Assembly: GCA_035221665.1 (NCBI GenBank)
Contig: CM069155.1
Span: 30,504,001 to 30,568,000, forward strand
DNA: 64,000 bases
From: Okamejei kenojei
Taxonomy: Eukaryota
Reading direction: 5' to 3'
Part shown: positions 12,530-26,817 of the stretch, in pieces
Layout: each line of letters starts with the position of its first letter
How positions within the stretch are numbered: the stretch's first letter is position 1
Notes under the pieces: generated by a model
Told to the model about the DNA's origin: nothing
Databases searched by the model: none
Seen by the model: the letters and a program-made list of their open reading frames with translations, nothing else
Translations under genes and position numbers: made by a program

Positions 12530-13500
12530 GGTGACCCTGTGGAATTCATTGCCACAGAAGGCTGTGGAAGCCAAGTTAATGGATATTATTAAGGTGGAGA
12601 TTGAGTGGTTGATGATTAGTAACAGTGTTAAGGGTTATGAGAAGACGTCAGAAAAATGGGGTTGAGAAGAAAAGATAAATCAAGCGTGATAGAATGGCGG
12701 GGTAGAATTGATGGGCCGAATAGCCTACCATTTGTGAATTCCTGAACGATGTTTCACCAATTTAGCCAAAGACTTTGAAGAAGTGTCAGATTAGGGAAAG
12801 GGGTGCAACGAGACCTGGGTGTCCTTGAACATCAGTGACTGAAAGAAAACATGCAGATAAAGCAAGCAGTGAAGAAAGCGAATGGCCTTCGTAGCGAGAG
12901 GATTTGAGTATAGGAGCAAGGAGGATCTACTGCAGTTGTACAGGCCCCTGGTGAGTCCACGCCTGGAGTATTGTGTGCAGTTTTAGTCGTCTAATTTGAA
13001 GAAGGACATTCTTGCTATTGAGATAGTGGAACGTGAGTTCACCAGATTAATTCCCGGGATGGTGGAAACTGACAAATGATTGACTGGGCTTATATGCACT
13101 GGAATTCGGAAGGATGAGAGGGGTCCGTATAGAAAGATATAAACATTCTTAAGGGATTGGATACGCTAGATGCAGGTAACATGTGCCCGATGCTGGGGGA
13201 GTCAAGAACCAGCGGTCGCGGTTTAAAAAGAAGGCGTAGGGCATTTAGGACTGAGATGCGGAAGCACATTATAACCAGAGAGTTGTGAATCTGTGGTATG
13301 CTCTGCCACAGAAGGCAGTGGAGGCCAATTCACTGAATATATTCAAGAGAGAGTAAGATATAGGTTTTAGGACTGACGGAATCAAGGCAAAGGGGAGAAA
13401 GCAGGAACGGGGTACTGATTTGCGATGGTCAGACCATGATCATATTGAATGGAGGTGCTGCTCTCGAAGGGCCGAATGGCCTACTCCTGCTCCTATTATC
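12530..13500 (+). mobile_element. CR1-like LINE 3' fragments (degraded)
   Basis: Remnants of L-Y-R-x-L-V...LEYCVQF (cagttgtacaggcccctggtg...ctggagtattgtgtgcag) plus the typical 3' tail; similar to 39650-39900. Confidence 0.75.
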
Positions 13501-16088
13501 TAAGAGTCTTGGTGTTTATTGTAATCGGAAGAACAGAACATTGGGCGATTAGTTGGAAATATAGAAAACGCATAAATAAACAGGCTATTTTTTGGTTTAA
13601 AAAGATGGAAAAACTGATGTTGCCTCATAGATCAGTGCTGGAGCCCCAGTTTCCAAAAATGTATACACACGGCTCAAAAAAAGCTAAAACATGTATGGCT
13701 GTTGAATTTGCTAAAGACGTGAAGAACCAAACAAGGCCACAGTGCATGTGGATAGTTCCAGTGAATGGGAAAACGCCTGGTAAATGCACGATGTGGGAAC
13801 ATATGGAATGCCAATTTTGGCAGGGCAAGTGATAGAAAATCTTTGCATTATCGACAGAAAAAACTGGAGTAGTGGGACAGGCAGCATCTCTGGAGAGAAG
13901 GAATGGGTACATTTTCGGGTCGAGACCCTTCATATTTACATTAATGAACAGTTTGCACTGTTTTGAGATGCAGAATTATTTCGGTTCCCTGATGACGATA
14001 CGCAACAGCCTCGAACAAGGTAGAACAACTACCTAGGAAAAGTAACTGTGTTAGCATCTAACGTCAGACAAAACGGATGCAAAAGAGAGAGGTTCTTAGT
14101 GCTTCAGTTATACTTCATCGCACAATCGAGCAGAGTATTGAAATGTAAATGCCTTTGAAGCAATTCAGAAAATGATTACTAGACCCATATCTGCGACGAG
14201 CCAGTTGTCTTATGAGGAATGCTCGACGGATTAGAAGCGTGAAGCTTCTACTTAATTGAAACACAGGTGATTATGCTAGATCTTAACAGCATGTGAAGCG
14301 AGAGAACAATTCGTCTCGGATAATCTAAAAGTAAACGTCACCGATACACAAAAATAAATGCCCACTTCAAAAAGTGAAGAAACAAAACACATTTATCAGA
14401 ATGGAGAAAGCCTCATCAATTACGTTTGTGAAAATGTGGTAGAAGCAGTCTTTATTTTTTGTCAAAAGTAGAAATATTCCTAATAAATAAGGTGGGGGGT
14501 AATGATATGTTACCAGAGGTGATGGGAACTGCAGATCAGTAAGGTTACCTCAGGCCAGTTTGTTTTTGGTGGAACAGTGGTGGAGAGAGTTATCAGCTTT
14601 AAATTTTAGGCATTAACATCGTGGATTAACACATTAACACTTGCCCCGGGCCCAGCAAACAAATGCATCCACGAAGGAGAGCCAATGCCACTACTTTAAA
14701 AGAATTTTTAAAAAATACTTTGTCTCCAAATACTGCAACAAACATCTACTACAGAAAGTACACTAACCGGTTCAATAACAGCTGCTTGCCGACAACTATC
14801 CATCAGTTTTTGGGAAAGACCTACATACCCCACACCATCGACATGTTTTTTTATTATTATGTTTATGGATGCAATCTGTTTCTTTATTTCAGATTTGCAT
14901 GTATCCATTTATTGATATTTTGTTCCTGTGTATTTTCTGCCTCAGTCCACACGTGCCGGCGATGTTTCTACAAGTAAGAGTTATCAGTGTTAAATGAGTT
15001 GTAATTTGATGTTCTGTTTGTTTCTTTTAAGAGAATGGTGTTTCGGTATTTATGTCATGCGTCCGTTTTTAATCTTTATGACTTTCATTTGACATTCAGA
15101 ACCACTCAAAGAACCTTGCCAATTGGATAGAATGGGCAAGCATGCGGGTAAAAACCTGGACCGAAACCCCCCACTCAAATATACAAAATCCTGTAAGCAT
15201 ACTGTCTCATGTATGTCCAAAAATAAAAAAAAAAAAAAAAAAATTAAAGCCCCCCGGAGAATATATAAGGAAACATTCTCATAATTCAGCAACATTCAGC
15301 AACCACAGAAAAACCACATTGGCGCTGATATCATTTCAAAATAAATCTGAAATTAAAAGCTAGTAATTGGTAACGCGAACAGGACGCTATTGGGTTGTTA
15401 AATAAAAACAATTTCATTACTTTCCAGAGGAAAAGTCTAAAATGTATGTACCCCACACCCACAATTATTCAGAGATGCCGGACAGGCCCCTCAAATACAA
15501 TAAACTCTGTAATGGAGAATAACAACAGTAAATTGAAAGCAACCACTCTGCACTCCAGAGAGATTTTGGGCAAGTCATAGATAAAGCAAACTCACTCAAA
15601 TTTTCAAAATCCAGTTTGCAACTGTCTTCCATGTTTGGTCCAAAAAAATGTAAGACAATATCCCGGAGATATTTACGTAACATTCTTATTATATCCACAT
15701 TCAGTATGCAGGAACCATTTTGGCCAAATATTTCATTCTCCTCCATCCCCATACCTAGTTTGTTCTGTTACCGGCACAATATATTCCACTCGACGATCGT
15801 GATAGAATAGCGGCTTACACGCGGAAAGAGAAAAGAGTACTCCGAGCATTTGTCAATTTTTAAATATGGACCAGGAGAAATGAGTAGAAGAGTAAGATGA
15901 TGAAATCTCTCACTAGAAATTATGAGCTGTATATTTTGCTTCGTGTATGGAGGGGTTGGGGAGGGGAAATGTGGGTTCAGTAAGTGCGCAAGGAAACAGA
16001 GGGACTTTAGGTCATGAGCACACATCTGGCAAAGTTAGAAAGATATATCGGAGGAGTAAATGAGCAAAACCCGAGATATATGTTTGGG

Positions 16089-19000
16089 TTGCAAAGACGA
16101 TGTAGTGAGTAAGCGGAGAGTTAGCTGTCAAGCTGGTTAAACCGAAGCAGAATCAAAAACTGGAAAGGAGAATCTTTTTATGCAGAAGAGAGAGCTAGAT
16201 TAGGGCTCTCATGCAGATCAGAGAGAGAGCTGGATAGGACTCTTAAAAATAGCGAGTCAGGGGAAATGGGTGAGAAGGCATGGACGGGTACGATTGGGTT
16301 ATCAGCCATTATCACATTGATGGCGGTGCTTTTCGAATGGCCGAATGGCCTACCCCATGCACCAATTTGTCTCTTAACTCTTCTCTATTTCCAAAATCGC
16401 ACCCTGCAAAGTGAAACGGAAGTCAGATAACAAAGGTTTCAAACCGAAACGAGGAAACATATGTTGTCGATTGTTTTCTCCCAAGTTGCAATGAGCTATT
16501 CAGTAAGTTTATGCCTCCCGTCTTTTTGCTGTCATGTGACAAAAGTTAAAACCGCTCCTCACTTAGTATTTCGCACCCACACCCGTTAAATCGCCATAAT
16601 GAATAGGCCTTAGAGTGTGGGTACATGGGCAAGTACATTACGTAATATTTGCAAACATGAAAATTTACCAATTGTCCTATCTCCGCAATAAAATGAACAT
16701 TATTTCATAACCGATGCAATCTGCCATCACTGTTGCAAGACTGTACGTCAAAGAGACGAAACATTTGGGCAAATACCATCATTTTCACATCAAGCAGTTT
16801 GCATTTGCCTCCCCATAAATGACAAAATTGTAAATATCCCAACGTCTTGCAGATTTGTCACCATTTTTTATGGAATTGATTCAGCAATTAAGAGCAAGAT
16901 AAACGGCAGGACCATACACAGAAGTACGTCAAATCAGCGCCACAACAGTGCAGGATGAAATTACTCGAAGCTACATCTTGGTTATTGTGCGCGCCAGGAC
17001 AAACTTTATTTTACGATACAGAGAGAGTTGCTCCTGCTCACCACCCCCGCATTACTCTGGCCAATTGGGCTTTCTTTTTGTTTAGGTCCCGAAATTTGTC
17101 AGATCCCGCTTGTCCGCATGATCACTTGGAGTGTTCAGTAGGACACAGCCCTTCGGCCCAACAAGTACCCACTACCCGAGTGTGCCCTCCTATCCCTCTA
17201 AAACCTTTTCCTATCAATGTACCCTGTCCATATGTTTATTAAATGTTATTATAGCACCTGTTTGAACTACCTCTTGTGGCATCTCGTTCCATAAACTCCC
17301 CAACCTCTGTGCTGAAAATGTGCCCACCCATCGGTTCCTATTTAAATCATTCATCTCTCACCTTAAACAATTCCTCTACACTTTTACCTCAGTAGCAGAA
17401 TCAAGAACCAGCCGCTTGTGAACAGCGATCATATATCATAATAGCGTCCACGTGATCATATAAGACATCAGGAATATGTTCCCAATTTTATTGTTTATTT
17501 ACAGAAAGATCAGCATTCAATTAAATGGCAATTTCACAAACATATTAAAACAACATATCAGGAGCCTACAGCTAGGATTAAGGTAAATGGAAACATATCA
17601 AAAAGGATCCAGTAGTGAGGGGCACAAGGGAATGATGCCTGTCTTTCCTTTCTCCCACACTCTCGTTTTGTATATCGAACCCTAGCACAAGCAATAAGGC
17701 TAAGAGAAGACCTGCAGGGAGGTCAAATTAGGGGGAAAGAACATATAATTGGTCCTTTTCCTGATGATATAATTCTTTCCTTGAACGACCAATATATGTT
17801 TTCCAAATCTAATGAACCTATTTTGAAACATATGGGATACTAACTCAGGAAAAAAAATTGAATATAACAAAAACACATAATTCTTTCATTCATCCAACAA
17901 ATCAGAGATGCATATAATCTGAAAAGGAACTCCTAAACGATCAGTAACTTGGAGTAACTATAACCAAAACCAACATTCCCAACTTTGTTGAAACAATATA
18001 ACAAAATTTTGAAGAAGACATCAAAAAGGATGTTGAAGTGGTCGACCCATCCTCTATACTTCAGTGCCAGAATACAAACGGTAACAAGATGAATATCCAA
18101 CCCTAAACTGACAATATTTATCTCCAATCTCTCCCAATAATGTTCCCCGAGAATAAATTTCATAGCCCTGGATAAAATGATCTCCTAGAATCTTTGGAAT
18201 AGCACAAAACCAAGAATAAAACTAAAACAAAAAAAAACCACAACACTTCAACTGGTCCGAAAAGCAAGGGTGGAATGGCTTGACCAAAATCTGAAGAATT
18301 ACTTTATGTCAGTTCAACTCAGACCTCTGGCTTGTTGGTGTATACCCTGATAATGAATCCTCGATGGAAAGAAATGAAAGAGAGATACAGGGTTACCAGA
18401 CCCAGATTTTGGTGGGAGACCAAATAAACTGAGAGGGACTTTGAGACATGCTAAAGGATCCAATATATCATTACGTTAGAATATGGAATGTATAGTGAAA
18501 AAATTAAAAAAATAAAAGAGGGGCTCACGCATTGAGTGGTTCGCATATGACATCAACGTTTTAAGCCAGGTGTATGAATCAAAATTCAAAAGAATGGGCA
18601 CAAAAAAGGGCAATAATTGCAATAGTATAACAGTTTCATAAAATGGCGAGTTTATGAGCTCCAAGATTTAAAGTCAAAGTAATGGTCTCGCAAACAAGAA
18701 GATTGTTTTAGATACTTGCAATTAGAGACTACTTTATAAAAGAGGATAAGCCAGAACTAGATTAAACCAAAAAAATGTGATCAAAGGTGATTGAGGATGC
18801 ATACAAACAGAAGGATAAGGGTAATCTCTGCTTTCTATTCAAGCTCTGGAGAAGCGGGGGAGAAATCAACGCACTCATTAAAAACAAAATGGGAACGCAG
18901 AATTAAAGATTCCAATAACAGAAGAAGAATGGTATCAAAATGTGTGAAAACAACAATGTCATTACCACAAGCTTCACTAGTATGAGAGAATTTTCCTTGA

Positions 19001-20822
19001 GACTACTATCTCGTTCTCGCTTTTTTATAACACCCCAAAATAAAAAGCGGACAACACTTGCTATTCAACAATCAGTTGAGGCTGTGTGGGAGTACGAGGC
19101 AGACCACAGACGCAATTATTCTGGAACTGTGCAAAGATTAGGCCATACTGGTAAAATTTTAATGCAGCTGTAAAATAATATCTTGGGTTTATAAAATCCC
19201 CACCCAAATACCTGCCCTGTGATGTAACTGGGGTGTATTAAAGATAGCGTAAAAATAGACAGATACATATTGATTAAAGCTTGCGTGCAGCAGTAAGAAG
19301 AGGGGCCATTACCAGGCAGTGGCATATTGAAAAAAAAGTCCAAAACAGGACAGTGGTTAAGGAATTTGGCGAGACATCTTAATATGGAGAAATTTGACAT
19401 ATTCCTTGAGAGTCAAGGAGAAAATCATTTGAGAATATCTGAAAAAATGGACTGTTTATTTGAAGCCATGACACCAATTAGATAAATGGCCGAGCTAGAT
19501 ATGGGAAGATTTTTTTTTCCCCGATCTACTTATTTTTCTTATTTGATTGCAATGAATTCTGTTTTTTTTCTTTATGTGATGGTGTTTGCACTGTTGTTTG
19601 AAAATATCGTCTTAAAAAAAATCAATAAAACTTTAAGTGGAAACAAAAATGGACAAAAAACAGCGGTTTGAACTGCCATCCATCCACGTTGTGATCAATA
19701 TGACATAGAATTGTTACCCAATTATATTGTATTTATACGATGAACTGCATTCAAATAACTGCAATTTCATACACTTTCCAATCATTTATTTATGTTAATA
19801 TTATCGTTGCGACTTGTGCTACCATTTCCTTCTGTGAAAATTAACTCTAACCCGTGATTGAGAGATATTCCCTCTTGTTTTCTTCCGAAAGAACAACCAA
19901 ATGGAAGAAATAATGAGTATTTTCACGAGAGCTCCCAGTTGTTACTCGATTGAAGGAGTTGTAAATGCAGTGCATGATGGATATAACAACTGTGAAATTA
20001 ACAAAAGTGCAGTAATGCAATTGAATAATAATCACAGAGCTTCCAGAGTCGAAGCACCCCTTTAAAAGATGTAGTTATCTAATATATGATTCTCGCCTAA
20101 TTTCATTGAAAACACCATTTTTCATTTCAACAGATTAACTACCACAAAAGGAGGAAATTTGTAATAAATAGCGAATCATACAAAAGGTCAGTCCGATAAC
20201 AATCCCAGCAAAGGAGCACCTCAAGTGCTGCGTGCTTACCCCCTGCATGTACTCACTCCCTATACTCATAGACTGTGCGTAACCTGGTCATAGTGCGAAC
20301 TCCATCATCAAGTTCACTGATGACACCAACTGTTTGCGGGACGTATCATGATGGGGACGAGTCAGAGTATAGAAGTGAAATCGAACCCGACTGGCCAAAT
20401 GCCTGCCACACAATAACCTGGCCCTCAACACCAGCATAAACCAAGAACTGATTGTGCCTTTGGAAGGGGTAGGATGGGACCCACAATCTCCGTTTATATC
20501 AACGGGTCAAGGTGGAAAGGGTCAAAAGCTACAAATTCCTTGGTGGTGCACATCTCTGAAGATCTCTCCTGGTCCAAGAACACCGATGCTATTATAAAGA
20601 AAGCACATCAGCGCCTCTACTTCCTGAGAAGATTACGGAGATCCGGTATGTCGAAGGAGTGACTCCCTCTAACCTCCACAGGTGCACAGTAGAGAGCATG
20701 CAGACCTGATTGCATCGTGGCTTGGTTTGGAACTTGAGTGGCCCAGAGGCCGAACAAGAACTACAAAAAAAAGTGAACACTGCCAGTCCCATCATCGCCT
20801 TCTGACAATACTATCTCCTATG
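16089..20822. repeat. Segmental duplication A, copy 2 (indel-rich copy of 1-4570, ending at the gap)
   Basis: Same sequence order as 1-4570 with many 1-2 nt indels, mostly insertions; includes the L1-like (about 17540-19660) and Rex1-like (about 20185-20822) copies. Confidence 0.9.
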
Positions 20823-21322
20823 NNNNNNNNNNNNNNNNNNNNNNNNNNNNNNNNNNNNNNNNNNNNNNNNNNNNNNNNNNNNNNNNNNNNNNNNNNNNNN
20901 NNNNNNNNNNNNNNNNNNNNNNNNNNNNNNNNNNNNNNNNNNNNNNNNNNNNNNNNNNNNNNNNNNNNNNNNNNNNNNNNNNNNNNNNNNNNNNNNNNNN
21001 NNNNNNNNNNNNNNNNNNNNNNNNNNNNNNNNNNNNNNNNNNNNNNNNNNNNNNNNNNNNNNNNNNNNNNNNNNNNNNNNNNNNNNNNNNNNNNNNNNNN
21101 NNNNNNNNNNNNNNNNNNNNNNNNNNNNNNNNNNNNNNNNNNNNNNNNNNNNNNNNNNNNNNNNNNNNNNNNNNNNNNNNNNNNNNNNNNNNNNNNNNNN
21201 NNNNNNNNNNNNNNNNNNNNNNNNNNNNNNNNNNNNNNNNNNNNNNNNNNNNNNNNNNNNNNNNNNNNNNNNNNNNNNNNNNNNNNNNNNNNNNNNNNNN
21301 NNNNNNNNNNNNNNNNNNNNNN
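20823..21322. other. Assembly gap (500 N)
   Basis: Run of exactly 500 N. Confidence 1.
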
Positions 21323-21389
21323 CATAGAGAGATATGTATTGGTTAAGTAGAGGAAGAACAGTTGGAACTAAACCATATAACAACCATTA

Positions 21390-22120
21390 TAAACAATTAC
21401 AGCACGGCGACGGGCCCTCTCGGACCTTCCAGTCCGTGCCGACCATTTGTTTTCACTAGCACATCTACCTGCACTCAGACCATACCCCTCCATTCCCTTC
21501 ACGACCATATACCTATCACTTTACTTTTAAATGTTAAAATCGATCCTGCCTCCACCACCTCTGTTGGAAGCTCATTCACACAGCCCCCACCCTCTGAGTA
21601 AAGAAGTTTCCCCATCACTTTACCTAACTTCTGTCCCTTAATTCTCATGTCTGCCCTCTTGTTTGAATCTTCCCTACCTCAATGGGAAAAGCTTTATCCA
21701 CGTCAACTCTGTCTATCCCTTTCATCATTTATAGACTCAATCAAGTCCCCCCTTAATCATTCTGCGCTCCAAGAATAAAGACCTAACTTGTTCAACCTTT
21801 TCTCTGTAACATAGTTGCTGGAACCCTGGCAACATTCTAGTAAATCTCCTCTTGTACTCTCTCATTTTGTTGACATCCTTCCTATAACTAGGCGACCAAA
21901 AATGTTCACCATACTCCAGAATGGTCTACCAATGCCTTGTACAATTTTAACATTAACTTCCCTACTCCTATATTCATGTATGATTTATAAAAGGCCAGCA
22001 CACCAAAGGCTTTTCTATACCACCCTATCTACATGCGATTCACCTTCAGGGAACTATGCCACAGTTATTCGTAGGATCCCTCTGTTCCACAGCATACCTT
22101 CATTTCCCTACCATTTACCA
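21390..22120 (-). mobile_element. CR1-like LINE 3' fragment (degraded)
   Basis: Reverse complement resembles other CR1-like 3' regions in the window (e.g. tctggagtatggtgaacatttttggtcg ~ LEY-x-x-x-FWS). Confidence 0.55.
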
Positions 22121-22524
22121 TGTAATTCCCTATCATTTCCCTGTAGAAGTGTGAAGTCTGAGGTATATAAGCTGAAAGGAGACGGGGGGAAGAAAGCAGA
22201 ATGTAGAAAAAAGAAAACGTAGAATGGGCTGAAAATGCAAACGTAATTGCATTGTTATTTATTCTGGAATGATATATACATGCCTATTAGAGAAGAAAGT
22301 CTGTAACTAAACCATTTGTATTAATGTGAAATATGTCCACCATTTCTGGTCAAACCAAAATATTGGTTTTCTTATTTCATCCAGAGAAATATTCGAATAG
22401 TTTACATTCTGGTAAATACCTAGTGATCGCGTAATTGCCGAAGGGTAACAACAGCTCGATATCAATTCCACATTCTGAATCTCGACAATTCCTGTTCAGA
22501 TGACGCACCTTGATTTGTAATCAA

Positions 22525-23180
22525 AGGACACAAAGTGTGGAGTAACTCGGTCGGTCAGGCAAACATCTCTGGAGAGCATGAAATATGGTGACGTTACGGG
22601 TCGAGACTCATCATCAGACTGATTGTATTGGGGGTGGGGGGGGGGGGGGGGGGGGGGTTGTAGAGAAAGCTGGAAGAAAAGCAGAGAGAGGGCAGGACAA
22701 CGCTGTGGCAAGTAACTGGTGGACACAGGCAAGGGAAGTGTCTTTGATAGGCCGATAGTTGGAATAAAGGCCAGAGATTAAAACAAAAGGTGTGAGACAG
22801 AAGAATTGAAGAGTTACGAATTGTGAAGCCAGAGGAAGGAATGTAGGAAGATGTGGAGGAGGAGGGGAGATGGGTGTGCTGTGTAGCTGAGGCACAGGGA
22901 TAGCGCGGTGTGAGGGAGAAAGTGGGAGTATTAATGAATTCACGAATTTTAGATAACCTCTAACCCCCCTCCCCTCACACGTTCTGCCCCTCCCACCGTT
23001 TCGCCCCCTCCCTTCCCTGTACCCCACCTGGACTCGCACCTATTTCTCTCCATCATCTGCCTATCCAAATCCACCCTAGTTTGTGTCCATCCGTCACATC
23101 CCACGCTCTGTCTACCTCCCCTCTCTCCCAGTCCCGCACCCTCAACTACAATCAGTCTGAATAAGGCTCCCGACCCGAAG
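22525..23180. mobile_element. Penelope-like element-derived repeat with inverted terminal modules
   Basis: The module gacacaaa..ggagtaactc..ggcagcatctctggag..gtgacgtt..gggtcgagac..cagact and its inverse recur at about 7500-7900, 11060-11220, 13850-13930, 24400-24560, 25820-25960, 27525-27620, 36690-36860, 41075-41165, 42890-43080, 43530-43900, 49220-49435 and 63930-64000. The Penelope assignment is an inference from the hammerhead-like core. Confidence 0.45.
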
Positions 23181-23761
23181 CCAGGAAAAACGAAGAGCCA
23201 TTAGTGAATAAGGCAGTAAACGAAAATGGAATTGCGAACCGCGCCGTTTATCTGAAAAAAAACCGAGACACTCTTTGTGTATGGAAGGGGAAATTAACGC
23301 AAACCAACAAAGAGCATTACGCAGATAATAACACTGTGGTTGCGCAGGGAAACTCTGGTTGCTCAGGAAAAGGGCTTCATGGACTGCACGTGGCTGATTT
23401 CTTGCTAGGAGCCCCGAAACTCGCTACCCGCTCCCCCAACCCCCGGCTCTAGATCCATGCTCCCAGTCCCCCACCCCCTGGTTCCATCTGCCCATCCTCC
23501 GTCCATTATATGGCTGCATCTTAATTTGCTCTTATTCTCTGCATGAATTTATCAGCTAAGCAAATGCACCACGTGTCCTGATTCTAGTGATAATGGTCAT
23601 ATTTCCACGATATGAAATCAACCGGGCTCCATTGTAAACACACATTGCCCGACTTATCACTCACCAGCATCGTAAAACATGAATGTGAATTCAGCACATT
23701 TTCAATTTTGTGAGAGATATCAAAAATACAGGAGAAATATGGACCCGGTGATAATAAAGGT

Positions 23762-23767
23762 TTTATT
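23762..23767 (-). terminator. Putative polyadenylation signal AATAAA, IgL cluster 2
   Basis: tttatt on + strand about 176 nt past the C stop, matching the cluster 1 spacing. Confidence 0.5.
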
Positions 23768-23942
23768 ACTTTGCCAGAAAGATACATTGATGGTTTTAAC
23801 TTCAGAATGAACCAAATTGTGAGAATCGTAAAACTTAACGTACAACCTTTCTCATTGAAGCTGTATTAGACAAAACTTTTAGTAATTGTCTAACGATGAT
23901 ACACATTTTTAAGGAAGCAAACAGAATACACAAACTGCTTGA

Positions 23943-24265
23943 TTACATGCAGCCGGATCTGGCGATGTTTTCATGCAGCGGGCTTGCCAGAGCCTCGTGT
24001 TTAACCACACAGGAGTAAAGCTCGTATGAGTTCCAGACTGGGGCTGACAGAGTCAGGTAACTGCTCGCACTGAACGTGTTGTCCGCCTCCTGCTGGACCC
24101 GGCTGGTCTCAACGCCATCACTTCTCGCACTGCCGTCCACAGTCCACTTAATGTCCACAACGCCCGGATTAAACCCGCTCACTAAACACACCAGGGTGGC
24201 GCTGTTTTTCCCCGAGATTTCGGCCTCCGAAGGTGCGAGGACTGACACCGCGGGGGATCGCGGAC
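23943..24265 (-). CDS. IGLC: Ig light chain constant exon, cluster 2, intact
   Basis: Acceptor tttctattttcag|GT; PRSPAVSVLAPS...ATLVCLVSGFNPG...W...YSCVVKHEALASPLHENIARSGCM*; 323 nt, as for C1. Confidence 0.95.
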
Positions 24266-26244
24266 CTGAAAATAGAAACACGTGCAGGAAGGTGATGAAC
24301 ATCAACGTCTGAATCAAATTGCCCCTTTCTTCTGTTATTCTACAAATGGAAAAATTTTCAAACAGTTGTCGATGTTTGTCCACCAGAATTTCATTAAGGA
24401 TGGGTGACGTTTCCGGTCGGGATCCTTTTTTAAAGCCGGTCCCAACCCGAAACGTCACCCATCCTTTTTCTCGAGAGATGCTGCCTGACCCGCTGAAGTT
24501 ACTCCAGCACTCCGTGCCCATCTTTGGCGGGGTAAAAACCCGGCATCTACAGGTCCTTTCTACACAGAATTTCATCAATGCAATTTGCACTTTTACAGCC
24601 TGGAACTCTGGAAATAATACCGGACCACAGTTTGGAAAATAGCCTCTTTGTAATATGTATGAATTATAGATGTTTTATATAAGAAAATAATTCAAACTAA
24701 TCCAATTTTTATATTTGAAACTATCGACTCCCTTCAAATACACTTTTATGTCTGTTTAGAATGCAATTGTGAACATTTCGGTGTTTAGGCCAGAAAAGAT
24801 GGCTCTGAATAGATGGAAAACGTAAAAGAAAGAATCAAATTGGAAACTGCCACGGTGTAATGTATTGGATGGTTTCAAGACTGACACTCAATCTGACATC
24901 CGGCGATATGTGCATTTACATGGAACAGATCCAAAATTGAAATATATTTTCAACTGTTCTGTCTGCAACTAAGCTGCAATATTTAGTATCCATTTCACCA
25001 TCAGTTGCGTTTGCTTCTTTCTGAATGAATTTCTACACTAATATTGATGGGTGGAAAAATAAAGGTTGATTTTCGTGCTTTCTGGACAAATCACTGCCTC
25101 ATTTTCTCAACTCCGCTGACCATTTCAGCCACGCTCTCGTAGAGTTTAATATACAGAGTAAATATTTCACCACGAAGATACAGATACTTTTATGCACCAT
25201 TTTTGTTCAGATCTACATTCTGTCTTTCCGAAACAGCTCCAGGGTCAGAGAGTCACGAAAACCAAATGCATGAATTTCTAACGAAACAACAAACTCACAT
25301 TTTCTAACGAAACAATAAACATATTCTTTATATGAATCAATTCTAAATTCACTGCAATTCTTAACATGAAGCCAAAAATGGCCAAGCTGATATTTATCTA
25401 TCATCCAAAACCGACTGAAGTACGCCACCCCCCCCCCCCCCCCCCCCCTTCATTTTTTTGTTTGTTAGATATGTCTGCACCTAGGTTGGCTGTACTGTTT
25501 CCGACATCTTTAGAGTGACTGAACTTCAGAACTACTACTTTAGCTGCGAAGCGCATTATTCATGCATTGAATCATCCTACCACAACCCAGAAGCAGTGCT
25601 GAACTACCATGTACCTCTTTGGTGACTCTCGGACTATCCTCGATCGGACTTTGCCGGTTCTACCTTGCACTAAACGTTATTCCCTTACCATGTCCGCTGT
25701 AAATGGCTCGATTGAAACCATGTAGTCTTTCCGCTGACTGGATAGCACGCAACAAAAGCTCGTCGTTGTACCTCGGGACACGTGACAATAAACTAAACTG
25801 AATGGTTTATACGAATGATCGACACAACATGCTGAAGTAACTTGGTGGGTCAACCAGCATCTCTGGAGACAAGGGATGGGTGACGGTGACGACTCGAAAC
25901 GTCATTCAACATGTTTTTCTCTGGAGATGCTGACCGACCCGCAGCATGTTGTGTCTATCTGTGAAAAGATGAAACCGGGCAATAGGGGAAGATAGACATT
26001 TATTATTTCCAGTTTTACGGCGTCCTTACTCTACTCCTGTCTCAACTTGTCTGCTGCCGAATCTATCATCAGGCCTTTGCCAGCCCTAGCCTTGTATTCC
26101 TCTGACTGCCTTCAAAGATAAATTCTCGCAGTTGTGGTTGTCTCTTAATAAATGGCTTCTGGAACTCCTTCCAAACTTCAACAACTTTTATTATCTTGTG
26201 AACTATGTGTGTAGAGATTTTAAAATTGCACTGCACCAATCACT

Positions 26245-26580
26245 AGTTTAGTTTAGTTCAATTTAGTTTAATTTACAGATGCAGCGTGGAATCGGGCCCT
26301 TCAGCCCACCGTTTGCATGGCGGCCATCGATCACCCGTTCACACCAGTTCTATGTTCTCCCAGTTTCTCTTCAACATTCTACACAATGGGGACAAATGAG
26401 ATCAAACCCGTTAACTTGCAAACCTGCACGTCTTTGGAACGTGTGGGGACACCGGAGCACCCGGGGAAACCGCTGCGAGGTCGCAGGGAGAGTTGACCAA
26501 CTCTGTAGAGGCAGCGCCCGTAGATAAGACCGGGTCTCTGTCTCTGTCTCTGTAAAGCAGCAACTCTAACACTGCGCCTC
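26245..26580 (-). mobile_element. tRNA-derived SINE inside the J-C intron of cluster 2
   Basis: Homologous to 6735-6990 (ggcgcagtgttagagttgctg...; TAAAC-type tail). Confidence 0.6.
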
Positions 26581-26817
26581 TCAGTCCCCTGTTTTGTCTG
26601 AATTTGTTTTTTCACTTGAACTAAATATTTGACCAAGTTCGGAGATATTTGCCTTTCCTTCCTGAAAAGTGAAAAGATTGAGCGATAAATTGACGAGCGC
26701 TTTGTAAACTGGATGAATCAAAAAGATGTGCGTGGATGCAAGGGAGATGGAAAGATAAAAAGAAGAAGTAAAAGCTGGTAATTGACATAGGACTGGTTGC
26801 ATATTGTTAATACTTAC

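Noticed and set aside
20682-21383. Long ORFs spanning the N run
   Set aside because: These are artefacts of translating the gap.
23943-24590. 215-aa ORF suggesting an N-terminally extended Ig C protein
   Set aside because: The extension is intronic read-through across a repeat. A canonical acceptor at 24266 gives a 323-nt exon identical in size to C1.
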